Source: an uncultured Acidobacteriota bacterium
GTDB taxonomy: Bacteria; Acidobacteriota; Blastocatellia; RBC074
NCBI GenBank assembly: GCA_963796275.1
Contig: CAWCKY010000007.1
Coordinates: forward strand, 832,001 to 896,000
Direction of reading: 5' to 3'
DNA length: 64,000 nt
Positions 21,677-31,631 of the stretch are shown piece by piece. The notes beneath the pieces were generated by a model, which ran no database searches, had not been told where the DNA came from, and was given only the letters and a program-made list of their open reading frames with translations. The translations under genes were made by a program, and so were the position numbers. Position 1 is the first letter of the stretch, and the number at the start of each line of letters is the position of its first letter.

Positions 21677-22717
21677 CTACTTCCCAAGCTCTCTCTCCAT
21701 CTGATCCAGTCTCTCTTTCATCGCCCTCATCTCTTTTTGAAGTTGAGGTAATTGGGCAAAGATAGCCGAAGACTTCAACCAGTTACGATTATCAATGGCA
21801 GGGTAGCCGGAGATCAGTTTATCGGGCTCTACCGAATTGGGAATACCGGATTGCGCGGTGGCCACCACTCTATCGCCGATTTTAAGGTGGCCCGCTACGC
21901 CGACCTGCCCGCTCAAGATAACCTCGTTGCCAATCTGCGTGCTTCCGGCCAGACCTACCTGAGCGCAGAGCAGGGTATTCTGCCCGACGATCGAACCATG
22001 ACCAATCTGAACCATGTTGTCAACTTTCGTCCCCCTCCCGATAGATGTCGCTCCGATGGATGCGCGATCTATCACGCTGCCGGAGCCGATCTCAACATCA
22101 TCTTCGATAATCACGGTTCCTGTCTGTGGGATTTTATACCAGGAATTATCGGGGCGTTTGGCGTAGCCGAACCCGTCGCTCCCGACTACCACATTATTCT
22201 GGAGAATCACGCGCGACCCGATCCGGCACCGCTCCCTGATGACGCAATGGGAGTGAACGAAAGTATGATCGCCGATCTCCGCTCCGGAATATATCGTGCA
22301 ATGGGACAGGATGGTGACGTTATTCCCGATCTTTACACCATCGCCGATGATAGAGAAGGCGCCGATCGTCACCTTCTCACCTATGATTGCCGTCGGTGAT
22401 ATCACCGCTTTGGAGTCTATCCCGCTATCGAACCGCGGTTGATCATGGAATAGTGATAACGCCCGCGCGAACGTGAGATACGGATGCGCCGAAATAAGCC
22501 CTGATTGCCCCGCGAGCAAATTCGCCGCATCGTCTGTGATGATGGCCGCCGCGCTCGTGGTGCCCAGGTACTTTCGGTATTTCCTGTTGCTCAGAAAAGT
22601 GAGCTCGTTCTCCCCAGCGCTCTCAATGGGAGCGACTCCCGTAATCTCAATCTCCGGATCTCCCACCAATTGGCAGGCGAGTTGTTGCGCAATCTCTACA
22701 AGTTTCATATTTGACAC
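21677..22717 (-). CDS. lpxD: UDP-3-O-(3-hydroxymyristoyl)glucosamine N-acyltransferase
   Basis: LTFLSNRKY, hexapeptide repeats, [25 protein letters not shown]. Start 22717 (GTG) or 22708 (ATG). Confidence 0.95.
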   Translation of the reverse strand: MSNMKLVEIAQQLACQLVGDPEIEITGVAPIESAGENELTFLSNRKYRKYLGTTSAAAIITDDAANLLAGQSGLISAHPYLTFARALSLFHDQPRFDSGIDSKAVISPTAIIGEKVTIGAFSIIGDGVKIGNNVTILSHCTIYSGAEIGDHTFVHSHCVIRERCRIGSRVILQNNVVVGSDGFGYAKRPDNSWYKIPQTGTVIIEDDVEIGSGSVIDRASIGATSIGRGTKVDNMVQIGHGSIVGQNTLLCAQVGLAGSTQIGNEVILSGQVGVAGHLKIGDRVVATAQSGIPNSVEPDKLISGYPAIDNRNWLKSSAIFAQLPQLQKEMRAMKERLDQMERELGK

Positions 22718-22738
22718 ACGTAAGAAGTTGATTATAAT
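22711..22738 (+). promoter_or_regulatory. Consensus sigma70 promoter, probably for xerD
   Basis: TTGACA (22711-22716), 16-nt spacer, TATAAT (22733-22738). Confidence 0.6.
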
Positions 22739-22919
22739 TCCTATAACTTCAGTCTGATAACGAGCACGTAGAACACGTGATAAATAACGAGGTCGACAGA
22801 AATGATTGTCGACGGAAAAGATTCAAGCGGGATGGCTCGAAGGCCGAACAGATCGACCTGATTTTTCGGTTGCCAGCGCTTATTGCCAAGAATACGGACA
22901 TAACAGATGCAGTGAGGGT

Positions 22920-23805
22920 ATGAAAGACAGCGAATTGATTGAAGAGTTTATATCAACTTTAAGAGTTGAAAAAGGGGCTTCTGACAACACGGTGCAATCC
23001 TACCGCAACGATCTGAAAAAGCTATCGGCCGCGGTATCAGCTAGTGGAAAAAGCCTACTGACCATGGATCGCGGCGATCTTCTATCCGTCATTATCATTT
23101 TGAAACAGGATGACATGAGCGACGCGAGCATAGCCAGATTCATCTCGGTCGTCAGGGGACTCTTTAAATTCGTGGTAAGCGAAGGATTCAGCAAAAACGA
23201 TCCGACCGCTCATTTCAATGTACGAAAAGCATGGCAAACGCTACCACGGTTCTTAAATCAGGAAGAGGTGGAAACAATACTCAGCAAACCCGATCTGGAG
23301 ACGGATGCCGGCATACGCGATCGAGCGATGCTGGAACTGCTCTATGCAACTGGGGTGCGCGTTTCGGAGCTGATCGGGCTGAAGATGAAGGACGTCGACT
23401 GGGATACCGGTCTATTGACCTGTCTCGGGAAGGGCAGCAAACAAAGACGCATTCCTATCGGACGTTCCGCATTACATTATCTGAAAACGTATTTGCCTGT
23501 GAGGAAGCGGCTGATGGGTGATCGCCATTCCGATCTGCTATTCGTCGAAGAGCAGGGAAGAAGAGTCACAAGACAGAAGTTTTGGAAGATAATCAAGACT
23601 TACGGCAAAATGGCGAATATCGAATATATTACGCCTCACATGCTGCGCCACAGTTTCGCCACGGCTCTGCTCTCCAACGGCGCCGATTTGAGTATCCGTT
23701 CAGATGATGCTGGGACACAGCGATATCAGTACAACCCAGATCTATACGCACGTGACTGATGATCATCTAAAGTCCGCATACAGAAAATTTCACCCTCGCT
23801 CCTGA
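22920..23805 (+). CDS. xerD: Site-specific tyrosine recombinase XerD (+1 frameshift at 23693, probably a sequencing error)
   Basis: [37 protein letters not shown]. Removing T23693 restores [25 protein letters not shown]...FHPRS with the catalytic Tyr. Confidence 0.9.
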
Positions 23806-23843
23806 TTTAGGGGCTGTGATAATTCGGCGAAAAAGTTCACCAT

Positions 23844-23912
23844 AAAAATCACAAATGGAGAACAAAAACACCGATTGCCCTAGTGTTGTCTTGTTCTCCA
23901 TTTGTGATTTTT
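23844..23912. repeat. Perfect 22-bp inverted repeat between convergent genes (REP-like / bidirectional terminator)
   Basis: AAAAATCACAAATGGAGAACAA (23844-23865) and its exact reverse complement at 23891-23912. Confidence 0.8.
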
Positions 23913-23966
23913 GTGTGGAATCTAGTTCTAAACTGATAACAATCTACTTTAAATTACATACTTCAA

Positions 23967-25466
23967 CTAATTTCCATCTTGCTTCTTCCAGGAGGGAAAT
24001 TTCGCCGGCTCTTTTATATCCTCTTTTATTGTGTAGTCGGGTGAAACCTGGAAGAGCGCGGATTCAGGCTCTGCCCGGATGATGTTGGTGACGCGATAGG
24101 TTGATTCGCCGAAGCGGGGATCGCTGCGTTTGGACAGAATAATCATGCTCAACTCCGGCGAATACCAGGTTTCACTGACCGTTTCAATCGGGCGGTCATT
24201 GCCGATTGCGCCCACAGGTATGGTCGTGACCTTGCGTGTTCCTTCGCATAGGATGCCCTCCACCAGTTGATTGTTGAATCGTTCAGTATTGATCGCATAT
24301 TTCGGGGCGCTTTTTGCGTCTTGAGCCGGGGATTGCTCTTCATCAATGAGTTTGAAGTTGAAATGCAGAATGCCCCGGATTTTAACAGGCTTGCCTGAGA
24401 GCGTTGTCGGTTTGAATATCCACTGGCGGGCCGCTTGAAGCGCGGCTTCTCGGAGCAGCGGATGTCCGGCTATTACGGCCGCTTCGATCACATCTCCGGT
24501 TTCGCTGATGATTGCCTGCACTGACACAGTGCCTGAAGCTCTGGCAGCCTTCGCCGTTAGGGGATACGGCGGCGCAGCTTTCTTGATGGCCAGGCCAGGC
24601 AATACCCCCTCATTCACTGCCGGGCTCGGAGAGTCAGAGGCTGATTGCGAAGGATGCCGCGGCTGCATCCGCCTGATAATTGGAATGTCCGTTTTCTGCG
24701 CGATTCTTGTCTCTGGATCGAGAATGTAACTCGCTCCTCCGACCGGATCATAGATGCTGATTGTATGTATCGACTCACTCGTCCCGCCCATCCGTAATGA
24801 CCGCTCGTTGCGTGTGCGACCCTGGCTGTCGCGGGAGATTTGGCCTGCGAAACTTTGAATGATGCGGGTTCCATCCGCTAGCGTCTGAATCGTTTCGGAA
24901 ATGATATCGGCTGAAAACGGCGCATCAGCGATCAGGTTGTTGTCGAAGCTCATCTCCTGCGAGAAATACTGGAAAGCGCCGCCGCCTATCCGAGCTACTT
25001 TGACCGAACTACTATTGGCCCCTTCGGGAACGCTAGACGGGCCGCCGGCCTGATTGACCGCGGTGATGGTGACGGACTCAGTAATTTGTCCGATCTCCAG
25101 CATCATTTCGAGCCGCACCGTCTGTTCGACCTGCACTTGAATCCCGCTGCGCTCCGCCGCCATGAAACCGGGTTTCAAGAAGCGTAGCGTGTAGATGGCC
25201 GGAGGCAGTGCGGGGAACCGGTAGACGCCGGCATCGTCGCTCACGACCTTGCGAGCGGCGCCGGTAGCGGTGTTCGTCGCGATCACGTCAGCGCCTCGTA
25301 TTCTGGCGCCATAGAAATCGGTGATGACGCCTGTGAGCTCACCTTGCGTTTGTGCCATCCCGATGATCGCAGAAGCAGAGAGCAGCAAGGCACAGCCTAG
25401 GAAATGATGGGCGATCAACGCAAACGCGCAAATTGATGATATAAGTCTTCTTTCCATACTTTTCAT
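23967..25466 (-). CDS. Exported protein: carboxypeptidase-regulatory domain plus an acidobacterial beta-rich domain interrupted by a TonB C-terminal domain
   Basis: GELTGVITD..ESVTITA; APFSA..TLADG..RDSQGRTR; PPYPLTAKAARASGTV..AARQWIFKP (TonB_C); TWYSPEL..DPRFG..LFQVSPDY. Confidence 0.8.
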   Translation of the reverse strand: MKSMERRLISSICAFALIAHHFLGCALLLSASAIIGMAQTQGELTGVITDFYGARIRGADVIATNTATGAARKVVSDDAGVYRFPALPPAIYTLRFLKPGFMAAERSGIQVQVEQTVRLEMMLEIGQITESVTITAVNQAGGPSSVPEGANSSSVKVARIGGGAFQYFSQEMSFDNNLIADAPFSADIISETIQTLADGTRIIQSFAGQISRDSQGRTRNERSLRMGGTSESIHTISIYDPVGGASYILDPETRIAQKTDIPIIRRMQPRHPSQSASDSPSPAVNEGVLPGLAIKKAAPPYPLTAKAARASGTVSVQAIISETGDVIEAAVIAGHPLLREAALQAARQWIFKPTTLSGKPVKIRGILHFNFKLIDEEQSPAQDAKSAPKYAINTERFNNQLVEGILCEGTRKVTTIPVGAIGNDRPIETVSETWYSPELSMIILSKRSDPRFGESTYRVTNIIRAEPESALFQVSPDYTIKEDIKEPAKFPSWKKQDGN

Positions 25467-25536
25467 AATCTTCTCTCCTTGTTGTTTCCGAACCAGTTCC
25501 CGCGAACGGCATTGGGCAAACAATTGTCATTGCTTC

Positions 25537-26223
25537 TCACCGAACAAATCGAATAGCGCGAGCCAGACCATCTTCGCCGATGAGCAGATCTGCCAGGACC
25601 GGCTCGTCGGCGTTTTCGACATTGACCGGCAGTCCCAGTGTGATGAGCGCTGAACGCGGCATCTGCACCCGAATCACCTCACCGCTCTCCATAGGCTCAT
25701 GGTCGTCGTAGCGCAGCAGGAGGAAATCGGTCAAGCTTTCGTTCTCCTCCACGTCGGCAGTGATGGTCTCAACGCGAATGGAGGGTGTATCGGGTCGCGG
25801 CCGGCGACCGCGGCGACCGCGAGTTGCGTGCAATTCACGACGCGGCTCTCGAGCGATAGGGCCCTGCTTAATTTGAGTATCGCGTTTTACGGAAGGCGGC
25901 GGCTCGGGAACCCTTTCTGTAATCACAACGCGGTCTTTACCTGATCCATTTTGATTAGTGTGATAAACCATAACGATAAAACCGCCAGCGATGAGAATCG
26001 CCGCTGCCGCTGCCAAAGACCAGCGCCGCCAACTCCATGAGCGAGCCAGTGACCGACGCGCGATCGGATTTGACGCGCGCGCGCGAAAATCCTGGCCGCG
26101 CTCTTCCAGGCGGGACTGCGCTGCCCTCCAACTGTCGGTGAAAAACGGGGCATGCCGCTCATCTTCCTGCTTCAGTTGCTGAAACAATTCTTTGATTGTC
26201 GTCTCTTCCTGTTCCTGCTTCAT
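25537..26223 (-). CDS. Putative anti-sigma factor (single TM)
   Basis: Overlaps the ECF sigma gene; TM WSLAAAAAILIAGGFIVMVY; C-terminal VIRVQMPRSAL..ADLLIGEDGLARAIRFV domain. Confidence 0.75.
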   Translation of the reverse strand: MKQEQEETTIKELFQQLKQEDERHAPFFTDSWRAAQSRLEERGQDFRARASNPIARRSLARSWSWRRWSLAAAAAILIAGGFIVMVYHTNQNGSGKDRVVITERVPEPPPSVKRDTQIKQGPIAREPRRELHATRGRRGRRPRPDTPSIRVETITADVEENESLTDFLLLRYDDHEPMESGEVIRVQMPRSALITLGLPVNVENADEPVLADLLIGEDGLARAIRFVR

Positions 26224-26773
26224 TGCGGATTTGCCATCCTTTCATCTGTTCGCGCAACTGTTTCTTGCCGCGCTCGTAATGCTTGCGCGCCGACCCCAAC
26301 GAAATGCCCATGACATGCGCCGCTTCCGACAGACTCAGCTCATGATAAAAAACGAGTTGCAATACTTCGCGTTGACGGCGCGGTAATCCTGTCAGCATCT
26401 TACGCACCAGACGCTGAAGCTCGGCGCGATGAACCGCCTCATCCGGACGTTCTATCGTTGCCGGGATTGGACTCGCAAGATGCCGATCCACCAACAAATG
26501 GCGCAGCATTTGCCGCCGCCGCTCATCTGCCGCCGTTCGCCGAATCACAGCGAACAGCCACGTCTTGAAGGAAGACTTGCCCTCATAGCGCGCCTTGCCC
26601 ATCAGCACTTTGAGATAGACCGTTTGCAACACCGTTTCAGCCTCTACTGACGAACGCGCACAACAGCTCAGCGCCCAGCCGTAGCTTTCACTGTGGTGTG
26701 TTTCGAGCGCAATTCGTAATTCGGCATCGGTCATATATTCCGGCTCGCAAGTGCGATGTTCTATGTCACACAC
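26159..26773 (-). CDS. ECF RNA polymerase sigma factor
   Basis: Region 2 (AETVLQTVYLK, FKTWLF) and region 4 (LPRRQREVLQL..LSLSEAAHVMG); start may be 26734. Confidence 0.9.
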   Translation of the reverse strand: MCDIEHRTCEPEYMTDAELRIALETHHSESYGWALSCCARSSVEAETVLQTVYLKVLMGKARYEGKSSFKTWLFAVIRRTAADERRRQMLRHLLVDRHLASPIPATIERPDEAVHRAELQRLVRKMLTGLPRRQREVLQLVFYHELSLSEAAHVMGISLGSARKHYERGKKQLREQMKGWQIRNEAGTGRDDNQRIVSATEAGR

Positions 26774-27002
26774 ATTAGTCGTCTGAAAGCGGCGATTATA
26801 TGACGCGGACGGAGAGTTATATGTCTGGAAGTGCGAGACAGGAGAGTGGAGAAGGGGATCGGGTGAGAAATACTATCTTTAATCACTTGCGGCGCGTGAG
26901 CTCGCGCCGCCGCGAGCTCGCTTGTATCGGATTGCGATCAGAAATTCAGACAATTCTTCCAAGCCCGCGCCCTTCACCTGATCGCCGCCTGGTTATCCAA
27001 TC

Positions 27003-27905
27003 TCAATGATTCGCGGCCGACTCGCCCGCCAGGAATTTGAGCAGTGTGCTATTAAAAATCTGCGCCTTTTCGATCTGAGCTACATGTCCGCACTGTTCGA
27101 TGATCACTTTTTGCGCGCCGGAAATGTCCTGAGCGAAAGCCTCGGCCATCGCCGGCGGCGTCAATCCATCTTCCCGACCCCAGATCACCAGAGTCGGAGC
27201 CTTGATCGTCTTCACTTTATCGTCGATGAAATCCTCGCCGCGCAGAACCGAATCGATGAACGAGTTAATCGTTAAACCATCGCCTCGCTTTAATTTGGCG
27301 GTAAAGGCCTGGGCAACTACAGCGTCGCTTGACATCGCTTTGTTATAGAATACCGCTTGGAATAAGCGTTTCATATCGGCAGTAGTCGATGGATTGAGGA
27401 CGGAATATATCTCGTTCGATAGTTCCTGCCCTCCATAACGCTTCGCCGTATATCCGGCAGCGCTCACCAGCACCAGTCTATCTACCTTTTGCGGATGAGC
27501 GATCGCGAAAGCAGCAGCAGTCCATCCGCCGAGCGAGTTGCCGACGAGCGTCGCTTTTTCTATTCCCAGCTTCTGATAGAACTGACCGAGGAATTCCACC
27601 AGCGTCGCCACCCGATAATTCATGATCGGCTTATCCGATTTTCCGAAACCGATCTGATCGGGAACATAAATATGATATTTCGATGCGAGGGCAGGAATCG
27701 TCATAGTCCAATTGGTCGCGTCACCGCCCAGCCCATGCAAAAGGATCACAGTAGGCCCGGAGCTGCCCGCTTCCAGGTAGTGGATATTCTGGCCGTAAAT
27801 TTCGACTTGCTTCGAAACGGGCGCAGCTGCTTGTGCATATGCTGCTATGCTGAGTGTGAGTCCTAATAGTATGGCGCAGATCGAAATTCGAGTTCTCTCC
27901 ATCAT
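27003..27905 (-). CDS. Exported alpha/beta fold hydrolase
   Basis: LLHGLGG, DQIGFGKS, GNSLGG, WGRED, CGH. The ORF-track extension to 28040 reads through a tandem repeat. Confidence 0.9.
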   Translation of the reverse strand: MMERTRISICAILLGLTLSIAAYAQAAAPVSKQVEIYGQNIHYLEAGSSGPTVILLHGLGGDATNWTMTIPALASKYHIYVPDQIGFGKSDKPIMNYRVATLVEFLGQFYQKLGIEKATLVGNSLGGWTAAAFAIAHPQKVDRLVLVSAAGYTAKRYGGQELSNEIYSVLNPSTTADMKRLFQAVFYNKAMSSDAVVAQAFTAKLKRGDGLTINSFIDSVLRGEDFIDDKVKTIKAPTLVIWGREDGLTPPAMAEAFAQDISGAQKVIIEQCGHVAQIEKAQIFNSTLLKFLAGESAANH

Positions 27906-27997
27906 CGTTTGACCTCCAATTGACCATCGTAATTTGACTATTAGATATTGTATTTCGGTATTGGAACAATATGTTTGCGGGTTATCACGGATGTGAC

Positions 27998-28042
27998 GGG
28001 GCAACAGGGGCAACAGGGGCAACAGGGGCAACAGGGGCAAAA
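27998..28042. repeat. Tandem repeat (GGGGCAACA)x4 plus one variant copy, inside a palindromic element spanning 27982-28088
   Basis: Read directly from the sequence; flanked by TTATCACGGAT ... ATCCGTGGTAA inverted arms. Confidence 0.9.
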
Positions 28043-28157
28043 CGGATTATCAGCGACGAACTGTCGCATCCGCAAGAATCCGTGGTAAATCCCATCGAAT
28101 AACGATGCGTGATTAATTATTCATACCGGGGCGCTGCCAGCGGATTGATCCATCCGC

Positions 28158-31100
28158 TCAAAATTGAAATTCGAGGCTGAATTGGGCCTGGCGCATCGAG
28201 CCGTTAGTACTGCTGATCACCCCGACCGTGTTTATGCTTGAAATGTTCGTATTCGGATTACCCCAGTTAGGATGGTTCATGACGTTGAACATATCCATGC
28301 GGAACAGGATTCGTTTGGACTCGCGGCCCAGCGGAAAGCTTTTACTCAGGCTGGCGTCCGTGCGGTTGAGCCCGGGGCCGAGAATGATGTTCCTTCCGGA
28401 ATTTCCAAAACGAGCTTGCCCCGTGATCGGGTCCAGCGTCGGTGGCGGTGTGAAGGCCGCCGGATTGAACCAATGGGCAGGAGTCCGCTCGCTCGCGGGA
28501 ATTTCCGAGCTGACGCCATACACCACATCGGGCCGATTGTTGGAGGCGAAGGAGCCAGGCGGCGTATAGGACGGCGTCAGATAGCGTCCCGTTGTGTATC
28601 TCCAGATGCCGCTCAACCTCCAGGAGCTCACGACCGGCATGATCCAGCGCGGGGCGCCGGCGCCGAATCTCTTTCCTCGGCCCACGGGAAGCTCCCAGGT
28701 GAAGTTGCTGTTGATCTGGTGGCGGCGCACGTAATCGCTATTGGCGCGGTCGCGCCCCAGGGTCTGGACATCCAGCGCGGAGGTGATGGCATTAAATCCC
28801 ACGTCATCCAAGCCTTTCGCCCAGGTCCAGTTGGCCTGGTAACTCAGGCCACGCGCGAGTCGGCGGCGGACCTCTACCTGGAGCGCGTGATACGTGGAGT
28901 TGGAATTGGTCACCTCGAGGTTTATCGGCGAACTCCCGAAGCCCGGATACCTGCGGAATATCCTGCCGGTTGCCGGGTCCACCTGCTGCATGTTCAGATT
29001 CACGGTGCGGAACAGGTGGGTTCCCTTGTTGCCGAGATAGGCGACGCTGAGGGCACCGTTGGACCCCAGCATCCGCTGCAGCGTTAGGTTCCACTGCTGG
29101 TTATCGGGCAGACGGAAGTCCTTTTCGATGCCATAGGGAGTAAGGTTCGGCGGTCCCGATGCGTTATAGGGCGAGCGCAGGGTGAGCAACGGCGTTCCGT
29201 TCGCCACCCTCTGTGCATAACTGAGAAGGCTGGCGAACGGAGGGTTCGCGTTGATGGTCAAGGCGATGTACTGCTGTGGATAGCGGCTATAGAATATCCC
29301 ATAGCCTGCATGGATCATCCACTTTCCGGAGCCGGAGGGATCCCACGAAAAGCCCACTCGCGGCCCCAGATTCCACGGCTTGTTCTTCACCAGCCGGCGT
29401 GGATCGTAACCCAGGCTCGAACCACAGACGATGGGAAACGGCAGGTTGCCGTTGGCGTCCTTAAGCCGGTTGATGACGCCCGGGTTGAACAGGTCGACCG
29501 GCAACTGGCCATCGGAACACGCCACTACTATTCCACCGCCGCTCGAGACCTCGGGACTGAACAGCGCCAGCCGGTTAAACTCCTCGTCCGGGTGGTAGAA
29601 CGTTTCGTTGCGGACGCCGAAGCTCAGAGTAAAATTTCGTGCAATCCGCCAATCATCCTGCACGAAGAAGGCAAACTCGGGCTGGCGCAACAGCACCTTG
29701 GATTGCAGCGGCGTCTGCTGGCTGGTGTAGACTACGCCCATGAGGAAGTCGGCAAACGAGTAACCGCTCGAATTTACGTTGTTCATGCCGTTGAAGTTGA
29801 CGACTCCCTGTCCGTTGTTCTCCAGGATGAAATTGAGGTTCGTGATTCTGCCATCGAAGCCCGCTTTGATCTGGTGATTGCCCCAAGCGTGCGAGAATAT
29901 TTCATTAATTGAATACACGTTGTTGGCATACGCAACGAAATTCTGCCCACCGGAAGGCCAGTAGCTCACCGAGCTGAAGCTGTCAGTACCCTGGAATTGG
30001 AAGATGGGTGTGGGAGCTATATAAGGCGACTCGGGAACGAAACCCTGCATCCCGACGGACAGCGCCGTGGGGTAGTTGCCTACGACATACTCGACGTGCC
30101 TTGAGAGGCTCGATGCCCCCAGCCTGAACTCACTGACTGTGCGCGTACCCAGGGGCGCTGTCCAGCCGATCATGCCGTTGATGGCGCGGCTCGGATTTCG
30201 ATAGCCCAGATCCGGCAGACCCATCATACCGGGCGTATAAGCTCCAGCGTTGGAGTATGTCGCGCGCACGGAAAGCGATTGGTTACGCGGTAGCAGTTGG
30301 TCGCCGCGTGCGGTGAACTGATTGTTGTTGCTGATGCCTGCCACGGGATTGGCGGAGTTGTTCACCAGTCCGGGCAAGGTGGCCTTGGCGAACAACGGCC
30401 GCAGTCTTTGAGCGATCGGGTCCATGCGCACTCCCCCCAGGTACAGGTCCAGACGATTGCCCGGAATAACCGGCCTGCCGGGTGTCAGTGGGTCGCGCAA
30501 CTGAACGCGGGGAAGGAGCGAAGAGAAATCGCCCGCCCAGAACGCATCGGGAGGCACAGTCGTGATGCGCGTGTCGCCTCCGTTTTGCCGGAGACCCTCG
30601 TAGTTGACGAAGAAGAATGTCCGGTTGCGGCCGTTGTAGCGTGGCAGCCGGACGGGCCCTCCCAGCGTGCCGCCGAACTGGTGCCTGGCGAACGGGGCTG
30701 GCGGCTCGAAGGTGAAAGGATCGCGCCCGAGCAGCATATTCCCGCGGTAGTACTCGAACAGGCTGCCATGCAACTGGTTGCCACCGCTTTTTGAGACCAT
30801 CACGATGTTAGTGGCTCCGTGGCCGTATTCAGCGGGAGCAACGCCGGAGATCACTTTGAACTCGCGAATGAGCCCGACCGACAGGGGAACGGCCGATGTG
30901 TTCTGCCAGGTGAATGTGTTCGATACGCCATCGATCGAGTACTCGTTGGAGTAGCTTCGGTTGCCGTTGACCGCCACCCCGCCCAGGTCGTAACTCACAC
31001 CGGCTACCGGGTCGACGGCCCCGCCGCCGAGCAGAATGAGCTGGTTAAAATTGCGACCGTTGAGTGGTAGATTATCTACCTGTTCCTCCGTGATGGTCGA

Positions 31101-31514
31101 TTCCACCGTGGGTTTTTCGTTCAGCGCCAGGGTGGACGCGGAGACGGTGACCGTCTGGGAAATTTCCCCCACCTCGAGTTGCGCGTTGCGGCTGATGCTA
31201 TCGCTCGCGTAGAGCTGAACCTGATCGATATGGTGGCTGCGAAATCCAGCCTTTTCGAAATCAAGGGCATACGTTCCCGGCGGCAGTGGATAGAGAACAT
31301 ACCGGCCCTCGTCATTCGAGGTGGTGGTCGTCTTCCATCCGGTCTCCCTGTTCGTTGCTACCACAGTCGCAGACGGGACCGGGGCGCCCGTAGGATCTAA
31401 GACCGTTCCCGAAATTCTCGCGGCAGTGGTCTGTCCGAACGCACTCGGCAAAGCAGCCAGCGCAAGCACTAGCGCGGCGTGAATGAACAAAGTCAGTTTC
31501 TTGTTTCGTTTCAT
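28158..31514 (-). CDS. TonB-dependent receptor, Oar-like
   Basis: LPLNGRNF, SKSGGNQLHGS, FVQDDW, C-terminal RQAQFSLEFQF. Confidence 0.92.
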   Translation of the reverse strand: MKRNKKLTLFIHAALVLALAALPSAFGQTTAARISGTVLDPTGAPVPSATVVATNRETGWKTTTTSNDEGRYVLYPLPPGTYALDFEKAGFRSHHIDQVQLYASDSISRNAQLEVGEISQTVTVSASTLALNEKPTVESTITEEQVDNLPLNGRNFNQLILLGGGAVDPVAGVSYDLGGVAVNGNRSYSNEYSIDGVSNTFTWQNTSAVPLSVGLIREFKVISGVAPAEYGHGATNIVMVSKSGGNQLHGSLFEYYRGNMLLGRDPFTFEPPAPFARHQFGGTLGGPVRLPRYNGRNRTFFFVNYEGLRQNGGDTRITTVPPDAFWAGDFSSLLPRVQLRDPLTPGRPVIPGNRLDLYLGGVRMDPIAQRLRPLFAKATLPGLVNNSANPVAGISNNNQFTARGDQLLPRNQSLSVRATYSNAGAYTPGMMGLPDLGYRNPSRAINGMIGWTAPLGTRTVSEFRLGASSLSRHVEYVVGNYPTALSVGMQGFVPESPYIAPTPIFQFQGTDSFSSVSYWPSGGQNFVAYANNVYSINEIFSHAWGNHQIKAGFDGRITNLNFILENNGQGVVNFNGMNNVNSSGYSFADFLMGVVYTSQQTPLQSKVLLRQPEFAFFVQDDWRIARNFTLSFGVRNETFYHPDEEFNRLALFSPEVSSGGGIVVACSDGQLPVDLFNPGVINRLKDANGNLPFPIVCGSSLGYDPRRLVKNKPWNLGPRVGFSWDPSGSGKWMIHAGYGIFYSRYPQQYIALTINANPPFASLLSYAQRVANGTPLLTLRSPYNASGPPNLTPYGIEKDFRLPDNQQWNLTLQRMLGSNGALSVAYLGNKGTHLFRTVNLNMQQVDPATGRIFRRYPGFGSSPINLEVTNSNSTYHALQVEVRRRLARGLSYQANWTWAKGLDDVGFNAITSALDVQTLGRDRANSDYVRRHQINSNFTWELPVGRGKRFGAGAPRWIMPVVSSWRLSGIWRYTTGRYLTPSYTPPGSFASNNRPDVVYGVSSEIPASERTPAHWFNPAAFTPPPTLDPITGQARFGNSGRNIILGPGLNRTDASLSKSFPLGRESKRILFRMDMFNVMNHPNWGNPNTNISSINTVGVISSTNGSMRQAQFSLEFQF

Positions 31515-31631
31515 GCCAAATTCCTCAATAGGTGGGAGAATTCATCACAAAAAACATATAAGGCAAAAAACTACGCAGAGAGCGAGAGAACTATTATTTA
31601 TATGTAGTATTTGTGAGTATTGTGGGAATCT

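Noticed and set aside
22920-23805. Tyrosine recombinase as a prophage or island integrase, or as a pseudogene
   Set aside because: Motifs and C-terminal HPR are XerD-type, there are no phage genes or att repeats, and the frameshift fits the RGATCY pattern.
27906-28040. MPLLPLLPLLPLLP N-terminal extension of the hydrolase
   Set aside because: It is a translation of the intergenic 9-mer repeat; the real start with RBS and signal peptide is at 27905.
27998-28042. Possible CRISPR array
   Set aside because: 9-bp units with no spacers and no cas genes.
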